From Camelus dromedarius (lineage: Eukaryota): a stretch of 64,000 nt of DNA. Below are positions 51,701 through 64,000 of the stretch, piece by piece. Made by a program: the position numbers and the translations under genes. Numbering within the stretch: position 1 is the first letter of the stretch; the number at the start of each line of letters is the position of its first letter. Under the pieces are notes generated by a model, which saw nothing but the letters and a program-made list of their open reading frames with translations, searched no databases and was not told the origin of the DNA. The DNA lies in the NCBI RefSeq assembly GCF_036321535.1, contig NC_087436.1, positions 48,114,001 through 48,178,000 of the forward strand, in the 5' to 3' direction.

Positions 51701-52329
51701 ACACAGTTGCATTCCCTATAACCAAACATAGAAAAGAAATACCACCTAAAGAGTTTTGGAGCACCAGGAGTAAAGTCTAAGGTAAACTAATGGTGAATAC
51801 TGAAATAAATGTGAAAAGTTACATGTAAAACTTTTAAACAGACTGGGTAAGAATAAGAACAAAATCATTTATAAATTTAATAAAAGCTCAGTGACTTACC
51901 TTGTTTATCTTGATACATGAGTAACAATTGGTACTGTATTAAGCAATAGCACTTATTCCCTTCACTCACATGTACATGCAGTCAGTCACTAAGTATCATC
52001 AAGCACAACCAGACAAGGGCTGGGCTTAAGGAATGCAAAGCAGCAGCAAACATGGATCCCAGTCCTTGCCTAAGAAGAGCTCATGATCTCAACTGAACCA
52101 AAGGGAACACAAGGTCATCATCACAAGAAAAAGGAGGGACTTTTTTTGCCAACTCGAAGGTGGTCAAGCAGATAGTAAAGACAGAGCAAATGCAAACTAT
52201 GTAAACGTATTGCCAGGGTTTGGCTTTCCCAACTTCAAGCTGGAAGAACAGAAAGATATGCAAATAGCAAAAAATAGTAATCATCTTCAATTGCTTAAAG
52301 ACAGGATTCCAAGTAAGTATTGCTGTGGA

Positions 52330-52359
52330 GTGCTCGCTTTGGCAGCACATATACTAAAA
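52330..52359 (+). pseudogene. RNU6: 3'-truncated (tailless) U6 snRNA retropseudogene, U6 nt 1-30, with TSD
   Basis: gtgctcgctttggcagcacatatactaaaa matches the U6 5' end GTGCTCGCTTCGGCAGCACATATACTAAAA at 29/30 (one CpG C>T); flanked by attgctgtgg at 52319-52328 and 52361-52370. Confidence 0.93.
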
Positions 52360-54194
52360 CATTGCTGTGGGTACCTGAGTCAGACTAATACTTTGTTGTT
52401 CCTTCAGAGTGACACACTTTAAATAGTTAGCATTTATTTCAACAAGACACAGAATACTATATGAGAAAAGAACAGAAAAGTAGCCCTCTTGTGGCTTTCC
52501 CCAGCTTCTCCGCTAATGTCTCAGTCAAGTTCTGTTCCCAACTGCATAGTCTACTTCTAGGAAAATAGTAGCCCTACAGTTAATTGTCACTCTCCTTTAG
52601 ATGCAAATTAGGGACAACAGATTTCATGTCTCAAATGACTAATGAAAGTTTACTTTCAACTATGTTTTTACTAGAAATGATTTAGAAATATAATTTGATA
52701 TATCTTCTTACATATTCCATAATATTTTAGCAACGTAATGATGTCTTAGCCTCCTTTACAGTTCAGACCGACAGAAGTAATCCACCTAGCCTACTTCTTA
52801 GTCCAGCAACATTCCTGCATCTACTCCATTAAAGTGCAGAATGGACTTGAAAGCTCTTCAAAAGCACGTTTTCACTTTTGAGATGCACAACAATGTTTTT
52901 CAAAGGCAGACATTCCCCTAACCCTACTTTATAATCTTGTCAGGAATTTGAAGAAAAGCTAATAATTTTCCTCTTTTGCTGATTTTAACTAGTAAACTAT
53001 GGGTATGTGAGTAGGCTTCACAGGTTATAACACAGAAGTATTTACATGAACATAAAGTTCTATAGTTAGATTGAAAACAGCAAGAAACTAACCTTTGAAA
53101 TAATAGAACTCAACTTAAACTTTTTCAGTAGATCATCAGGTCTTCCAAAGCAGAGGAATTATTCCCCCAAACACAGTTGCCTGGGCTACTATAAAAACTA
53201 TCTAATGAAAGATACACTTCAGCTTCCTACGAATTACTACTCTTCTGTGTTTCTAACCCTCGACCCAGAAATTGCTCCCTCATTAGTAACATGAGTCTTA
53301 TTTTTGCACACTTAAACTTATGAATAAATTATTTAAAACTCTCACTGGCAGCCCTTCTTCATACCAGGATGTCATGTGCCTTGATGATTTTATCACAACG
53401 TGGGGCAGAAAACAGCTAATGATGTCATCATGGCAACAACAAACTCTGCTGAAGCAGAAGCACATATTATCTGGTAAAATAAGGCAACTCAGCTATTCTT
53501 TCAGCTCAGCCTACCTTTTCAACAGCTGTTGTCAACATAAAATGCCCAACTGTTGGGTTTACAGCCACAGATGCTTCCTTCACATGAAGTAGGCCCATGC
53601 AGTTGTCTGCTCTCATAGAAGCCGCTACCAATTTGCACTCCTTCATACTGAGCCCAAAATTATTCTGAATGTGGTTCTCTGCCTTTCTCTTGAGTACAGG
53701 CTTGGTCCATAAAGAACATTACCCAAATATAATGTATTTCCATATAATACTTATTTTCACATAAGATTTATTTACTTATTTATTTGGGAAGAATTATGCC
53801 CCAAATAAGATTCTGGAAAACCTATTTAAGACATCTAATCAGACTGGGCTGACAAAAAATTAAAGATCATGCAGATTAGGCTCTAAATGTTTGCTTCAAA
53901 AATGAACAAACTAAAAGAACTTGCATCACGTAGAAATTCTGTAAAACATATAGGAAGCAGAATATTAAGAAAAATACACAAAATATGTGTGAAAACAATT
54001 ACTCAATTTGGCCATCAAAATTATACTTCCAGCAGAGAAAATAAAAGGGAAAGTGTCAAAATGAAATTTCTGACACCATGTTTTGTGTATACCCTAAATT
54101 GGATCAAACATAAAGTGGAAAAATATGCACAAAACTTAAAATCAATAACATAATGAAAGAAAATGTGCTGCCCTAAATACACAGTAATGTAAAG

Positions 54195-54350
54195 CTGGAA
54201 AGAACTTCAGAAATAAGCTAAGCATGCTGCCTCATTTTTTCAAAAAAGAAACTGAAACCCAGAGCAATTAAAAGTCTCATCTAAGGTTACATAGCTAGTT
54301 ATGGAGAAAACCGAGACAAGGTTCTCATGCCTCTCAGTACAGTACTTTCT
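54195..54350 (-). mobile_element. MIR fragment
   Basis: 'agctggaaagaacttcagaa...gaaactgaaacccagag...aaggttacatagctagt'. Confidence 0.7.
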
Positions 54351-55694
54351 TCCCACTCCCACTTAAAATAAATGACAGCAGAAGATAAGCCTTTAACCTT
54401 GAAATGGGATAAGGACTGTGCGTACCTAGGGACCAGCCTTTCTCCGTTATTTCCTCACTGCCTCCACCCTAGCTCAGTTCAGTCAAACCTGAGGAAGAAG
54501 AAACAGAATGCAGAAGCAAAGGAGGGTTGTCTCCTTATGCAGACATAAGCTGTGGCTGTAACACAAGACAGAAGAGTAGTAACCACCATCTTTAGATGGC
54601 AGGGATGACAAGAAGAGATGGCAGGGCAATTGTATAAAACATGTTGTCTTTCCTTAGCTACAATAATGATGCAACTTAATAGATTCAAATTGTACATACT
54701 AAATGTTTGGCAATTTCAGTACTACTCTCTAAAAAGAAGAGTAAAGAAAAACTTTGTATATGAACACAGAAGAAAAGTACCAAAAGCAAAACAAGGCATG
54801 ACTATGACTGAGTTGCACTCCAGCAAACTGGTAATTAAGCACTGAAGCCTAGCAGGGAAAATGGGTAGAGATAGTTACCAGAAGGTCACTTGCATATTTT
54901 TAAGGCTGCCTGTTACACTTCAGGGGTTGTCACCTGGAATGGAAGGCAGTCAAGCATGTCAAAGAATTCCCTATGGAGAGCAGCAATGAACTCTTCCTAG
55001 TTCAACAGCCTCCCTGAGCCCCACAGCAAGGTTATACACACAAGTGCAGCTGTAGCTGAGAAAGACCAAACAGAGGGCAGTGCAGATGGCTCTCCATATG
55101 GAGCTGTATTTTTTAGACCATAATTTGTTATCCTCAGGTCATACTGTGCACAAAAGAGAAGGAACAGGGGAGAGTGGCATCCATGCAGCCCATAGTGCTG
55201 GCCTGTGTGAAGTAGAGGGATATATCTTCCAACGTCATGTTTTATATCTTACACGTAAAGGGGAAGAAAGACTGTGTTATTCATGATCAGCAAAACCATA
55301 GTAATCATCAAAGCAACTAGAGTATCTTCCTAAAGGTACTGTAGGCACAATAAAATCACAGCAAAAAAATTAAATTAAAATGAAGATCCAATCAACAGCT
55401 CAGACACATTGTTTTTGAACTTTCAGATGCTGAAATTTATATTGTGGCTCATGACAGTGGTATTAACAAGGGCATTCTTTTTATTATTATTTTATTTTTT
55501 AATTTTGCACTGTTTGGGAATTTTAAAACTAATTGCAGGCAATGAGCTAAACTGTCTATAGAAAATCTGCAATATTGTTTGTCCTCCCATGTGCCTTAGA
55601 GCCATTCTTGAATTTCCCTAAGATATTTTTGCTTCTCAGTAAGTGTTGATATTTCAACTACAGGCAAAAACGCAATTAGAATGAGACTGCACTG

Positions 55695-56060
55695 TCAGTT
55701 TGTGCTATGTTAAGATTCAAGGCCACAGTGAACCATTTTAGGTTTTCTTTTTTTGTCTAGAGGTTTCTTTTCAGGAACCACTCTCCCCTCACCTGACACA
55801 GATGCCAGTCACATTGCTTACCTCCCACACGAGTGGGGTGGGTACGATATCCTGGTGGGCCAGTCAGAACATCACATCTCATTAGACAGTAATCATGCAA
55901 CAAGTTGGCACAAGATCCAATAAAGCTAATCAAAATTCTTCTGAAGTTTTTACACGAACAGGAATAGAAAAAATAAATCCCTTTATTCCCTTCAGGGACC
56001 TTGAGCCTGACAGACCATGTCAACCTAGAGCTTCTAGGGCTACCTCCCCTGCACCATGTC
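55695..56060 (+). mobile_element. Old ERVL LTR fragment (LTR16-like)
   Basis: 'aggaaccactctcccctcacc', 'gggccagtcagaacatcacatc', 'gctaatcaaaattctt', 'agcttctagggctacct'. Confidence 0.45.
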
Positions 56061-56094
56061 AGCAGGGCTGTATTCCTTCTGAAAGCTCCAGTGG

Positions 56095-56241
56095 GTAATC
56101 AATTCTGCCTGCTTTACTCAAATCCAGAGATTTAAATGTAAGTATCATTTTAAAGTACCTTCAAAGAAACACTCAGAATAATGTTTGGCCAAGCATCTGG
56201 GTACCACTGTCAGCCAAGCTGACACAAAATTAACCATCACA
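56095..56241 (-). mobile_element. MLT2 (ERVL) LTR fragment
   Basis: Ends 'cagaataatgtttggccaa..tctgggtacc..cagccaagctgacacaaaattaaccatcaca', the reverse complement of the MLT2 start TGTGATGGTTAATTTT. Confidence 0.85.
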
Positions 56242-57329
56242 TAAGGGAAGGAGGAAAATGGCACATGAACTGTAACAAGAAATGAGGGAAGAAAAAGCAG
56301 TTTTTAAGATGGGAGAACTCAAAAGTATATTTACATGGATATACAAAGGATGTATCAAGTAGAGGTAAAAAATAGTGAGAGAGAGAGAGAAATGACTATC
56401 CAACATTCCTGAGTTGAAAGAAAGGATGGAATTTGATGCACAAGGAAGGGAACGGACCTTCACAAGGATCATGATGAGTTCTCTTTGGTAACAGGAGGGA
56501 GAGCAGAGACATGAGGGATATGATGTATGTGAGTAAGTTTCCATGGTAATGAAAATGTGTGGAAATTCTCTTTCAATTACTCCAATTTTCTTAGTAAAAT
56601 AAGAAGCTAGGTAATCATCTGAAAGAAAGGATGAAAGAGAGGGTTTGGAGGTTTGAGAAACGAGAAGGAAGTACAACCCAGAAAACAGAGGAGAATGAAT
56701 AATGCAGAAAATGTAGTAGGAGTGCTTGGTAGTATTAACGTGCCACTTTCAAACAGTGGTCATGGATTGAAAGTGAGACCAATCAGTACAGTTCTGCGTT
56801 TTTTTCCAGCAGCATTCAGCAGGACAGACAGACATAGAAGAGGAAGACAGATTTAAAAAGAGTGGTGGTTTAGCCAAGTAAGTAAGACAAAGAGAGTAAG
56901 AAGCAAAAGAACTGAAAGTTATGCAAGGAATTGACTGAAATGATTGCCCATGGAATTTGAGTTGTAAAGTGACATATAATGATGTATGTGAAGATAAGAC
57001 AAGGTGAGGGATAATGAAACTGTGAAATTACCAACTGAATGAAAATTTCCATGTGATAGGAGAGTTGCTGGATTCGGGTTACTAGGAGAAATGAGCTAGG
57101 AATGCATGTAGGAGGTAGTCTGAGAGTGAGATAAATGAAATCAAGGTCATGAATGGATTAAATCTATAGATAATTGCAAGATCAAGAGTATGGCAATAAG
57201 AGGGAGCCTGTGGTAAGGTGGAAGACAAAAGTAACTGAAGGAAAAGAATTTAAGGAACTACAGGGTCAAGAGGTCAGAATTTGATGTTGATATCATCGAG
57301 AATCCTGACAGCATTAATGCCCTCCCTAG

Positions 57330-57950
57330 TTCACCAAGAACATATCTGTATTTGAATAAGTCAGAGTTCTCAGCTGTTGCAATGAGAGAGAATACAAAGA
57401 CACTATAGAGTGTCTCAGTAAAAGGGTGTCAGCAAAACCAATGACAGGATTTTGACTTTGGGTGAGGAATTGAGGAAGGATTAAGGAAGCTAGGGTCATT
57501 CTAGGTTGTATGCTGTCAGAAAGCAATTCTATAACTGAGCACCTCAATAAATCTTTCTAGGGAGGGCAGACTAGAGAGAGAGGCTAAAACTATGATTGGC
57601 AAAGAAGTAGTAACTGCTTATTTTACCCAAAAGAGAAAAATATTTGGTATTTTGAGGTAGTACAGTAATCTGGCTTTTGTCTATACTTAAACAAAGTTAT
57701 GAAGTAGACTTACTTGCTCTCCTTTTATTGTAGTCTCGGAGTTTGAGGTTGATATTCTGTGAAACTGTTTATTATACAATAAAAATGTAACGTGGCATAT
57801 AGTAACTAGACTTACTGTGGTGATCATCTTGTAATGTATAAAAATACTGAATCACTATGTTGTACATCTGAAACTAATATAATATTGTTTATTAATTTTA
57901 ATTCGATAAAAATGTAACACAGACTAACATCTAGATATCAGGGGCTATTC
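57330..57950 (-). mobile_element. ERV1 LTR (MER89/MER90-like)
   Basis: 'gttgcaatgagagagaatac', 'gtgtctcagtaaaagggtg', 'atgctgtcagaaagc', 'gaggctaaaactatgattggcaaagaag', 'tgaggttgatattctgtgaaactgtttat'. Confidence 0.65.
57792..57905 (+). mobile_element. Short L1 3' end with perfect 13-bp TSD
   Basis: 'gtaactagacttactgtggtgatcat...gaatcactatgttgtacatctgaaactaatataat'; TSD ataaaaatgtaac at 57779-57791 and 57906-57918. Confidence 0.9.
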
Positions 57951-58784
57951 TTTGACTGGTTTAAAAATTACTTTCTCAATAGGAATAATGTCAAAGACAC
58001 TGTCAGTAATCTGGGAGCTGACATCTTTAAAGGATAAGAGGAAGGGATCCCAGAGTGCAAATGACGGCAAACAGAGGTGGGGGGGGGGGAGGACAGAATC
58101 TAATAACATGAGATACAAAGATGTGTTTGTTTGTTTGTTTGTTTGTTTAAATAGAGGTTGGGAGGATTGACTGGGAGCAGCAATAAGAAGGATGGTACTT
58201 CTTCCATTTCTAGGCCCAACGATAAGGAGGAAACCAGTCACCATGTAGAGGGCTACAGGGGAAGCAATGTCATCAAAGAGACAATCAGTTTTAGCTATAG
58301 CAGAAGATAAAGGGAATATTCACAGAAGAAAATCAGGATGTGTGCACAATGTAGATTTCAGAAGATGGAGAGCAGTAAGAGGTAGGGCTAGAAAAAGGGA
58401 GGTACAGAATCATGTGAGGTATGACCTGGTCTTACAGCAGAAAATGGTTGTAAAGCTGCGAGTGTTAGGGGAAGGAGGGAAGGATGGAAAACTTGCCAGA
58501 TTTACTCAAAACTTCAGGCTCTCACTTGAATCATGGCGATAGAAGCCTGGAGTTCTGTACTGGAGCAATCTTCATCATTGCACAGGTACTACTATCACTC
58601 TCGCTAAGGGATGACCTACAAAGGGATACTTTCTTAGCCTGAAAATGTAGGCTCCCCTTCAAACTGGAAAGTATTATTTGTTGCTGGTTCATTGAAGTGT
58701 TTTTATTACTTGAATTTATTTTAATGCCTCAAAGTAAGGAAGTTGCTCAGTTAATGGATTTTAATGTATTACTAGGAAGTGGAA

Positions 58785-59275
58785 TATCACTGTGTTTAAA
58801 AATGGGGGCCCAGAATTGAATTGTATGTACCTGAACCTCAGTTCTACTGCTGATAATTGGGTGACCTTGTGTCAGCACTCTTATCTTCAATCTTTGCATC
58901 TGGAATATGGAGTTAATGATAGTACCTAGCTCAGAGGCTGTGAAATGATTAAGTAAGTTAATACATATAAAGTATTCAGCAAAGTCACTTCTTGGCTTGT
59001 AGATAATATACATCACTGTATCCTTGCTTTGGTTATTGTAGTTATTGTTATTTATGTCATCATTATTATTTTATTTGGGCCACCATGATATAGTGAGAAA
59101 AGCCTTTGATTTGTATTTGATGCCAGCTGGGGGAGCTATTCAATGTCTCCGAGACTGGATTTACCTATCGCTAAGATGTATACAATAGTACTAATTTCAA
59201 CAGAACCTTGAGAGATTTAAAAATGATAGTAAATATGCAAATGGCTAACATAAATGTATATCATAGATGTTAGAT
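58785..59275 (+). mobile_element. Two tandem MIR copies
   Basis: 'gggtgaccttg...gcatctggaatatggagttaatgatagtacctagctcagagg' and 'tctccgagactggatttacctatcgctaagatg..aatagtact'. Confidence 0.7.
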
Positions 59276-59879
59276 TCCTTCCTTCTCACCTGCTACTACG
59301 AATTGTGAAACTTATATTTCCAAAGATGGCTCTCTTCATTACTGGTTGCTTATTCTTCAGAACATAGTACCAAGTACAGACAAGTATCTGATGTAGGTTT
59401 TATGCATCCAAGGGACAGGTATCACTGAGCAGAGAGAAATAGAGAGCTACTTCCTTTTGAAATAAGAATTTCTGTAAGCACCAATCTTCCTTTAGTGTTA
59501 CAAATGTCTCCTAGCATACAGAAGCAGAGAAATATGACCCAAGGTCAGTACTAGATTTTTACACAAAGTAATCTAGTTTGTCCTGTTAGGAAAATATTTA
59601 TTCTCTTCTGCCTCTAAGAGAGAGAACAAAATTTCCAGTTTCATTAAATGACCTCTGCCAGAAACTACATGACTTTACACTTATTTCTTCTGTTACTTCA
59701 ACCATTTGAGCGACCTTCTTCCAATTTCCAACCAGCCCTATGACGTTACATCCCAGAATGGCACTCTCAGACTCAAGGAAGTTTGAGTCCCTCCATCATT
59801 CCAGTGAAATCAGAATGCACGAGAGACTTCTTAGTGCTCACATTCTAAATCATGACGTTCAAGAAAATAATCATGTCTA

Positions 59880-60310
59880 AAAAAATTTCCTGAATGACTA
59901 ATATAGAAGGTACTGTGCTGGCTACTAGACACACAAAATACGTGATTGACAAGGGGTAGTGATCGTAAAGGAGATGAAGTAATGAAGAAACAATTACTGT
60001 ATCAAATCTGAAAATGACTTGTACTTGGGGATATGAAGGGAAAGAAAGATTCTAGGATAGACTTCTGGCTTAAGTTACAGGATAGATTGTGACATAATTC
60101 ACTGACACAGAGAAAACAAAACAAATAGATGCTTGGTTTTTATTCTTTTTTTCCTTTGAAGGTGGTGAAAATGGAGAGATAATACATCTGCTTTCGTATA
60201 ACTGGATATACAATTCTAGGACTCAGAGGAAAAGACTGGAGCTATTCACTCTTAAGTCAACATATACACAGGAGATAAAGCAATGGGAATAGATGAGAAC
60301 AGCCAGTCCA
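59880..60310 (-). mobile_element. L2 fragment
   Basis: 'ggtactgtgctggctactag', 'cttctggcttaagt...ttcactgacacagag', 'ggactcagaggaaaagactggagct'. Confidence 0.55.
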
Positions 60311-62377
60311 GGAGACCCTGCCCTCCCTACTTCTTCCTTGACGCCATTGTTACACAAAATAATAACATTAAGACAGAGAGTAACCTTCAAGTATTTCTTT
60401 CTGTCTGTAGTACTTTACTCTTGTTAGTGTAACCTATATGGTTGCCAAGAATAAAACAGTCTTTTTGAAAGCTCTCTTATCTCAACTCTGTTCACTACTT
60501 CTCTCATTTTCTCTAGTTAATGAATGGGAGTATCATTTCAATACTATATACCATGAGCTTCACAAGTAGCATTTTAAGGCCTAAGATGATTGATGGCTGA
60601 TAATGGAAGACCTTTCCTCAACACTTTTGAAGATTCTTTAAAATTCTCAACAGTGGTAGATCAGTGGATCAATCCAGCAGAAAGTCAAACTAAGAAGGAA
60701 CTAGGTCAAAAGTTTAGTACTATTCCTTCTGGGTAGAAGGATTATGTGTGATATTTCCCCCCAGCTTTTCTTCTATTTCTCTATATTAAAAAATACTCAT
60801 GATAAATATTCATTGCTTTAATAAGCAGGAAAAAAATTTTAATGAAGTCAGTCTGGCAAAATCTTCCAGATCAGCCAAAGACTCTGGCACGGTCAACTGA
60901 AAAGGGGTTTCAACGAAAATCACCGTGGGATATGCTCAGCACAGAATTACTGGAGGGATGAAGAAGACTAAAGCAGGGAACGTCATCAACTAGCAAGTAC
61001 TCTCAAGGTCCTGTTTTTGTCTTATGAAAAATGGTCTAGACCTCCCAGAAGAGCCTGTAACAAACATAACCTTCAAAACAGGAATTATTCATCTAATGAT
61101 TTCTGCAGGCAGCAAAAATGAGTCCATTCTCTGCAGAAGTAATTTTCTGGAAGGCAAGTTAAATTTATGACTTCATGTCAGTTTCATAAGCCAGGAACTT
61201 TGAATCTATCTAGAAGAGACAAGCTAAGGACCACTCTGCATCCAGAAGAAACTAAGGGCAGTGTCGATATGCTTCCAATGGAAAGAGTTCTTTATTTTGT
61301 TTTTAAGCACATATAGTCATATGACATTATGGAAATGGAATGACTTGGTAATAGTTGTTCAGACTCATCTGTCATGCAATACCAACAGTGAAAGGCAAAA
61401 ACAAAAAAGGAGTGCTATTTCTTTGGGTTTTCTCAGAATTATTACAATAAAAACCATTGCCCTTTTGTTCAAGCTTTTTTTTTTTCTTTTGAGACACAGC
61501 ACAACATTGGTTTTCAAGTTAAAATGAAGTGTGACACTTCAATAAAAAGAAAGCTATGGAAACCTAATACTGAACTTATAGTACAGAAAAGAGTAAGCAG
61601 CCTACAGATAGAAGGAAAGTAATAACCTCTTTTGCCTATATTTGCCAAAAAGAAAAGAAAATCAAAGCCATCAAGCACTTACATTATATACAATGTCTAG
61701 TACTTAATACAATATTTACACATAGCAATAGAGTAAGTAAAAACGTAATTTTGTGTACTGCTGAGGATTATGTACAAGGGCATTCCCATCCTCTTGTTAC
61801 ATGGCCTCATCCACCAGCATTTGCCATCACATAAACCAGGATGTGGCTTTGACATCCAACAAGCTCTAACAAGTGTCTTAAGTTCCTAGGAAAATTTCAT
61901 TCGAATATCAGACTTGGTTGATGAAAACCAGCCATTATAAAGACAAGTGGGTGGGTTTTTCTCTGTGTAGAGGTCCATCATAAATGCTATGAGGTGTCTT
62001 GATTCTTTTCATGTAAAGGGAGTGAATTATAATTAAAGAAGCATTCCTTTCCTCAGACATATTTCTTCATGCTTCTTAAGCAGCATTATGAGAACAGTAT
62101 GGTGCTGTCCTGAGAAATCTCTGTGGACACACCATGTCCGGTCTTACATATTTAGCCCTACTTGCTTCCTTAGCCACAAATTTATCCAGAGATCTACATG
62201 TTACTCTGTTATCTTTCCAGATGTACTTACAAGTTTATTTGGAATCACTTCAAGCCCTGATAAGGGCAGTTAAACTGAAGTGGGAAGGTTTGAAGAAGCC
62301 TGGAAGAGGAAACCATGAAAGAAAACTGGAAGCTATTTTCAGGAAGAAGTTGCTTGAACAAAGTTGAACAGAGGCAT

Positions 62378-62475
62378 TCACAATGTGAGTGTATTAAATG
62401 CCACTGAATTATATGTTTTAATAGTTAAAATGGTATATTTTATGTTATGTGAATTTTACCATAATAAAAAAAATA
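62378..62475 (+). mobile_element. L1MB-like 3' terminal fragment
   Basis: 'caatgtgagtgtattaaatgccactgaatt...aaaatggtatattttatgttatgtgaattttacc' followed by an A tail. Confidence 0.8.
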
Positions 62476-62554
62476 GCCCAACTTAAAAAGTCCTTTACCA
62501 CAGACTGACAGCATTCCATAATTATAAATAACCTTAACTGTTGTCTAGACAAAT

Positions 62555-62800
62555 GTTTTTTTAAGCTGTTTGCATGAAATCAAACAGCTCATGAAATCAA
62601 TCTACATGAGACCAGCATTTTTTAATAAAATAATATGAGAGAACATCTGAGTGTGTCATATAGGTCATATATAGTAAGGGCAAGGATAGTTTAATGAAAT
62701 CATGCTTCATTTCATCCATGTGTGTGTATGCACGTGTTTCTGTCTGGAGTTGTGATGTAAAATGTATTTTTCACCATGGTATAGTCTAAAAAGTCAGAGG
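62555..62800. mobile_element. hAT-Charlie fragment (Charlie4z-like)
   Basis: 'catgaaatcaat..accagcatttt', 'gtaagggcaaggatagtttaatgaaa', 'gtgatgtaaaatgtatttt'. Confidence 0.55.
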
Positions 62801-64000
62801 TATCTAGTCTGTCCCAATTTTTAATCTTGTGCAAATATCCATTCCTCAAAATTTCTGACCTTTACATTAAAGGTGCAAAGGTAGAGATGTTAAATATAAT
62901 AGTGGTAAATACACAAGAGAGAGCAGACCTAACTGATAAAAATCAGGTATGGACAAATACCAAGATCACAGATATGTCCAATTTTGAAACAACTCAAGCA
63001 TAAAACTGTAGAACTGATGTTGACTAGTAGATAGACTTTGTGATCTGTCATTTACAAAAATGACTCAGGATATGACCCTGAAAAGTACAGGACGATTCAT
63101 TCCCATGCCAGGAAGACAGAAATGAAGGCATAAGCCTTTTGAACATCTAAGAAAGAAGTATCTTATAGGGAAAAGGCAACTGGCATTCTTCAGAAACTAT
63201 TTCCAACTAACCTGTAAGTATGTTACAAATATTCAGAAACTTAAGGAGGTAAAAATGTAGTAGGACAATATAAAGCCACTAGAAGTGATTTTCTTATTTA
63301 TGTGCATTCCTAAAAAAAAAACTATAGGAAAAATATCTGTCTCTGTACAACTGGAAAACAAAATTATTTACCCTAGTTAAAATAGCTATAAGGAAAACAA
63401 GAATAGGATAAAATAAGCATTTTGCATAGAGAACTGTAGTGAATTTCTTCTCACAATCTTAGGTAAATTTTTTTTAATAATAAGAAAGGAGAAAGAAAAG
63501 TTATTAGTAATTTCCACATTCACACATGATACTTAGCTACTTCAGATGGTGAAATAACCATTTTGTAGTTCATGTGGGTAGATGAATGCACTGAACAGCC
63601 ACAGATGACACTGAGGATGGGCAAAGTAAGGTTTACATTTGGGGAAAAATGGCTAAATTCTACTTAAAATAATGATAGGCTCTAACTTCTTAGCTGTGTT
63701 CCCTGTGAAAAAATATAGTAAATAATTTCTTATTTCCCTGAAAGAATCTAAGCTCTTAGAGACAAAATAACTCTCAAATGGTTGGAAATCATCAGCTCAG
63801 TCACTGTAAACTTAACAAAAAGTATTCTACCTTCATGCAAAATCATGATGAATATAAAGCAAGACTGATGTATTACAGTTTTGGCCACAGGGATCTAAGA
63901 AGCATATAATGGAGCTTGGGAAAATCCAGAGTTTAAATTTTTTAAACTAAAATTTGGTAAAATTTTGAACAAATATTTTCAAAAAATGGATCAAGTATGG

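Larger units (their letters stand above)
56242..58500 (-). mobile_element. Long L2 remnant, split by an LTR and an L1
   Basis: Purine-rich L2 antisense text: 'gaaaggatggaatttgatgcacaagg', 'ttttcttagtaaaataagaagctaggtaatcatctg', 'gtgattgaaagtgagaccaatcag'-like segment near 56765, 'gagacaatcagttttagct'. Confidence 0.7.

Noticed and set aside
51894..51935. Consensus minus-strand donor AAG|gtaagt
   Set aside because: No good upstream acceptor in unique DNA; the adjacent sequence is L2-like.
56230..56676. Longest ORF (148 aa)
   Set aside because: Lies within the decayed L2; transposon-derived, not a host gene.
1..64000. CRISPR arrays, operons, numts, non-retroviral endogenous viral elements
   Set aside because: No repeat-spacer arrays, prokaryotic gene density, mitochondrial-like or recognisable viral peptides seen; very diverged viral elements cannot be excluded without tBLASTn.

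Overview
AT-rich, CpG-poor mammalian genomic DNA. It is probably camelid, inferred from a vic-1-like tRNA-derived SINE and artiodactyl-type L1 3' ends, with no Bov-A/CHR or PRE-1 SINEs seen. No recognisable host protein-coding gene is present; nearly all listed ORFs are chance or transposon-derived. The window is a layered transposon landscape (L1 of several ages, L2, MIR, hAT-Charlie, ERVL/MaLR LTRs). Best-supported unusual items: (1) a ~7.3 kb decayed class I provirus on the minus strand (8.5-15.85 kb) with two LTRs, PBS-like site, PPT, gag-MA, RNase H/integrase and env-TM remnants, no visible CA/PR/RT, and a younger antisense solo LTR inside it; (2) a 30-nt tailless U6 snRNA retrocopy with a target-site duplication at 52.33 kb; (3) a very old non-L1 LINE AP-endonuclease fossil at 38.1-38.7 kb; (4) a candidate 83-nt minus-strand exon at 40.84-40.92 kb. 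I found no convincing novel multi-gene system. Repeat family names come from recalled consensus motifs, and boundaries without a stated TSD are approximate.
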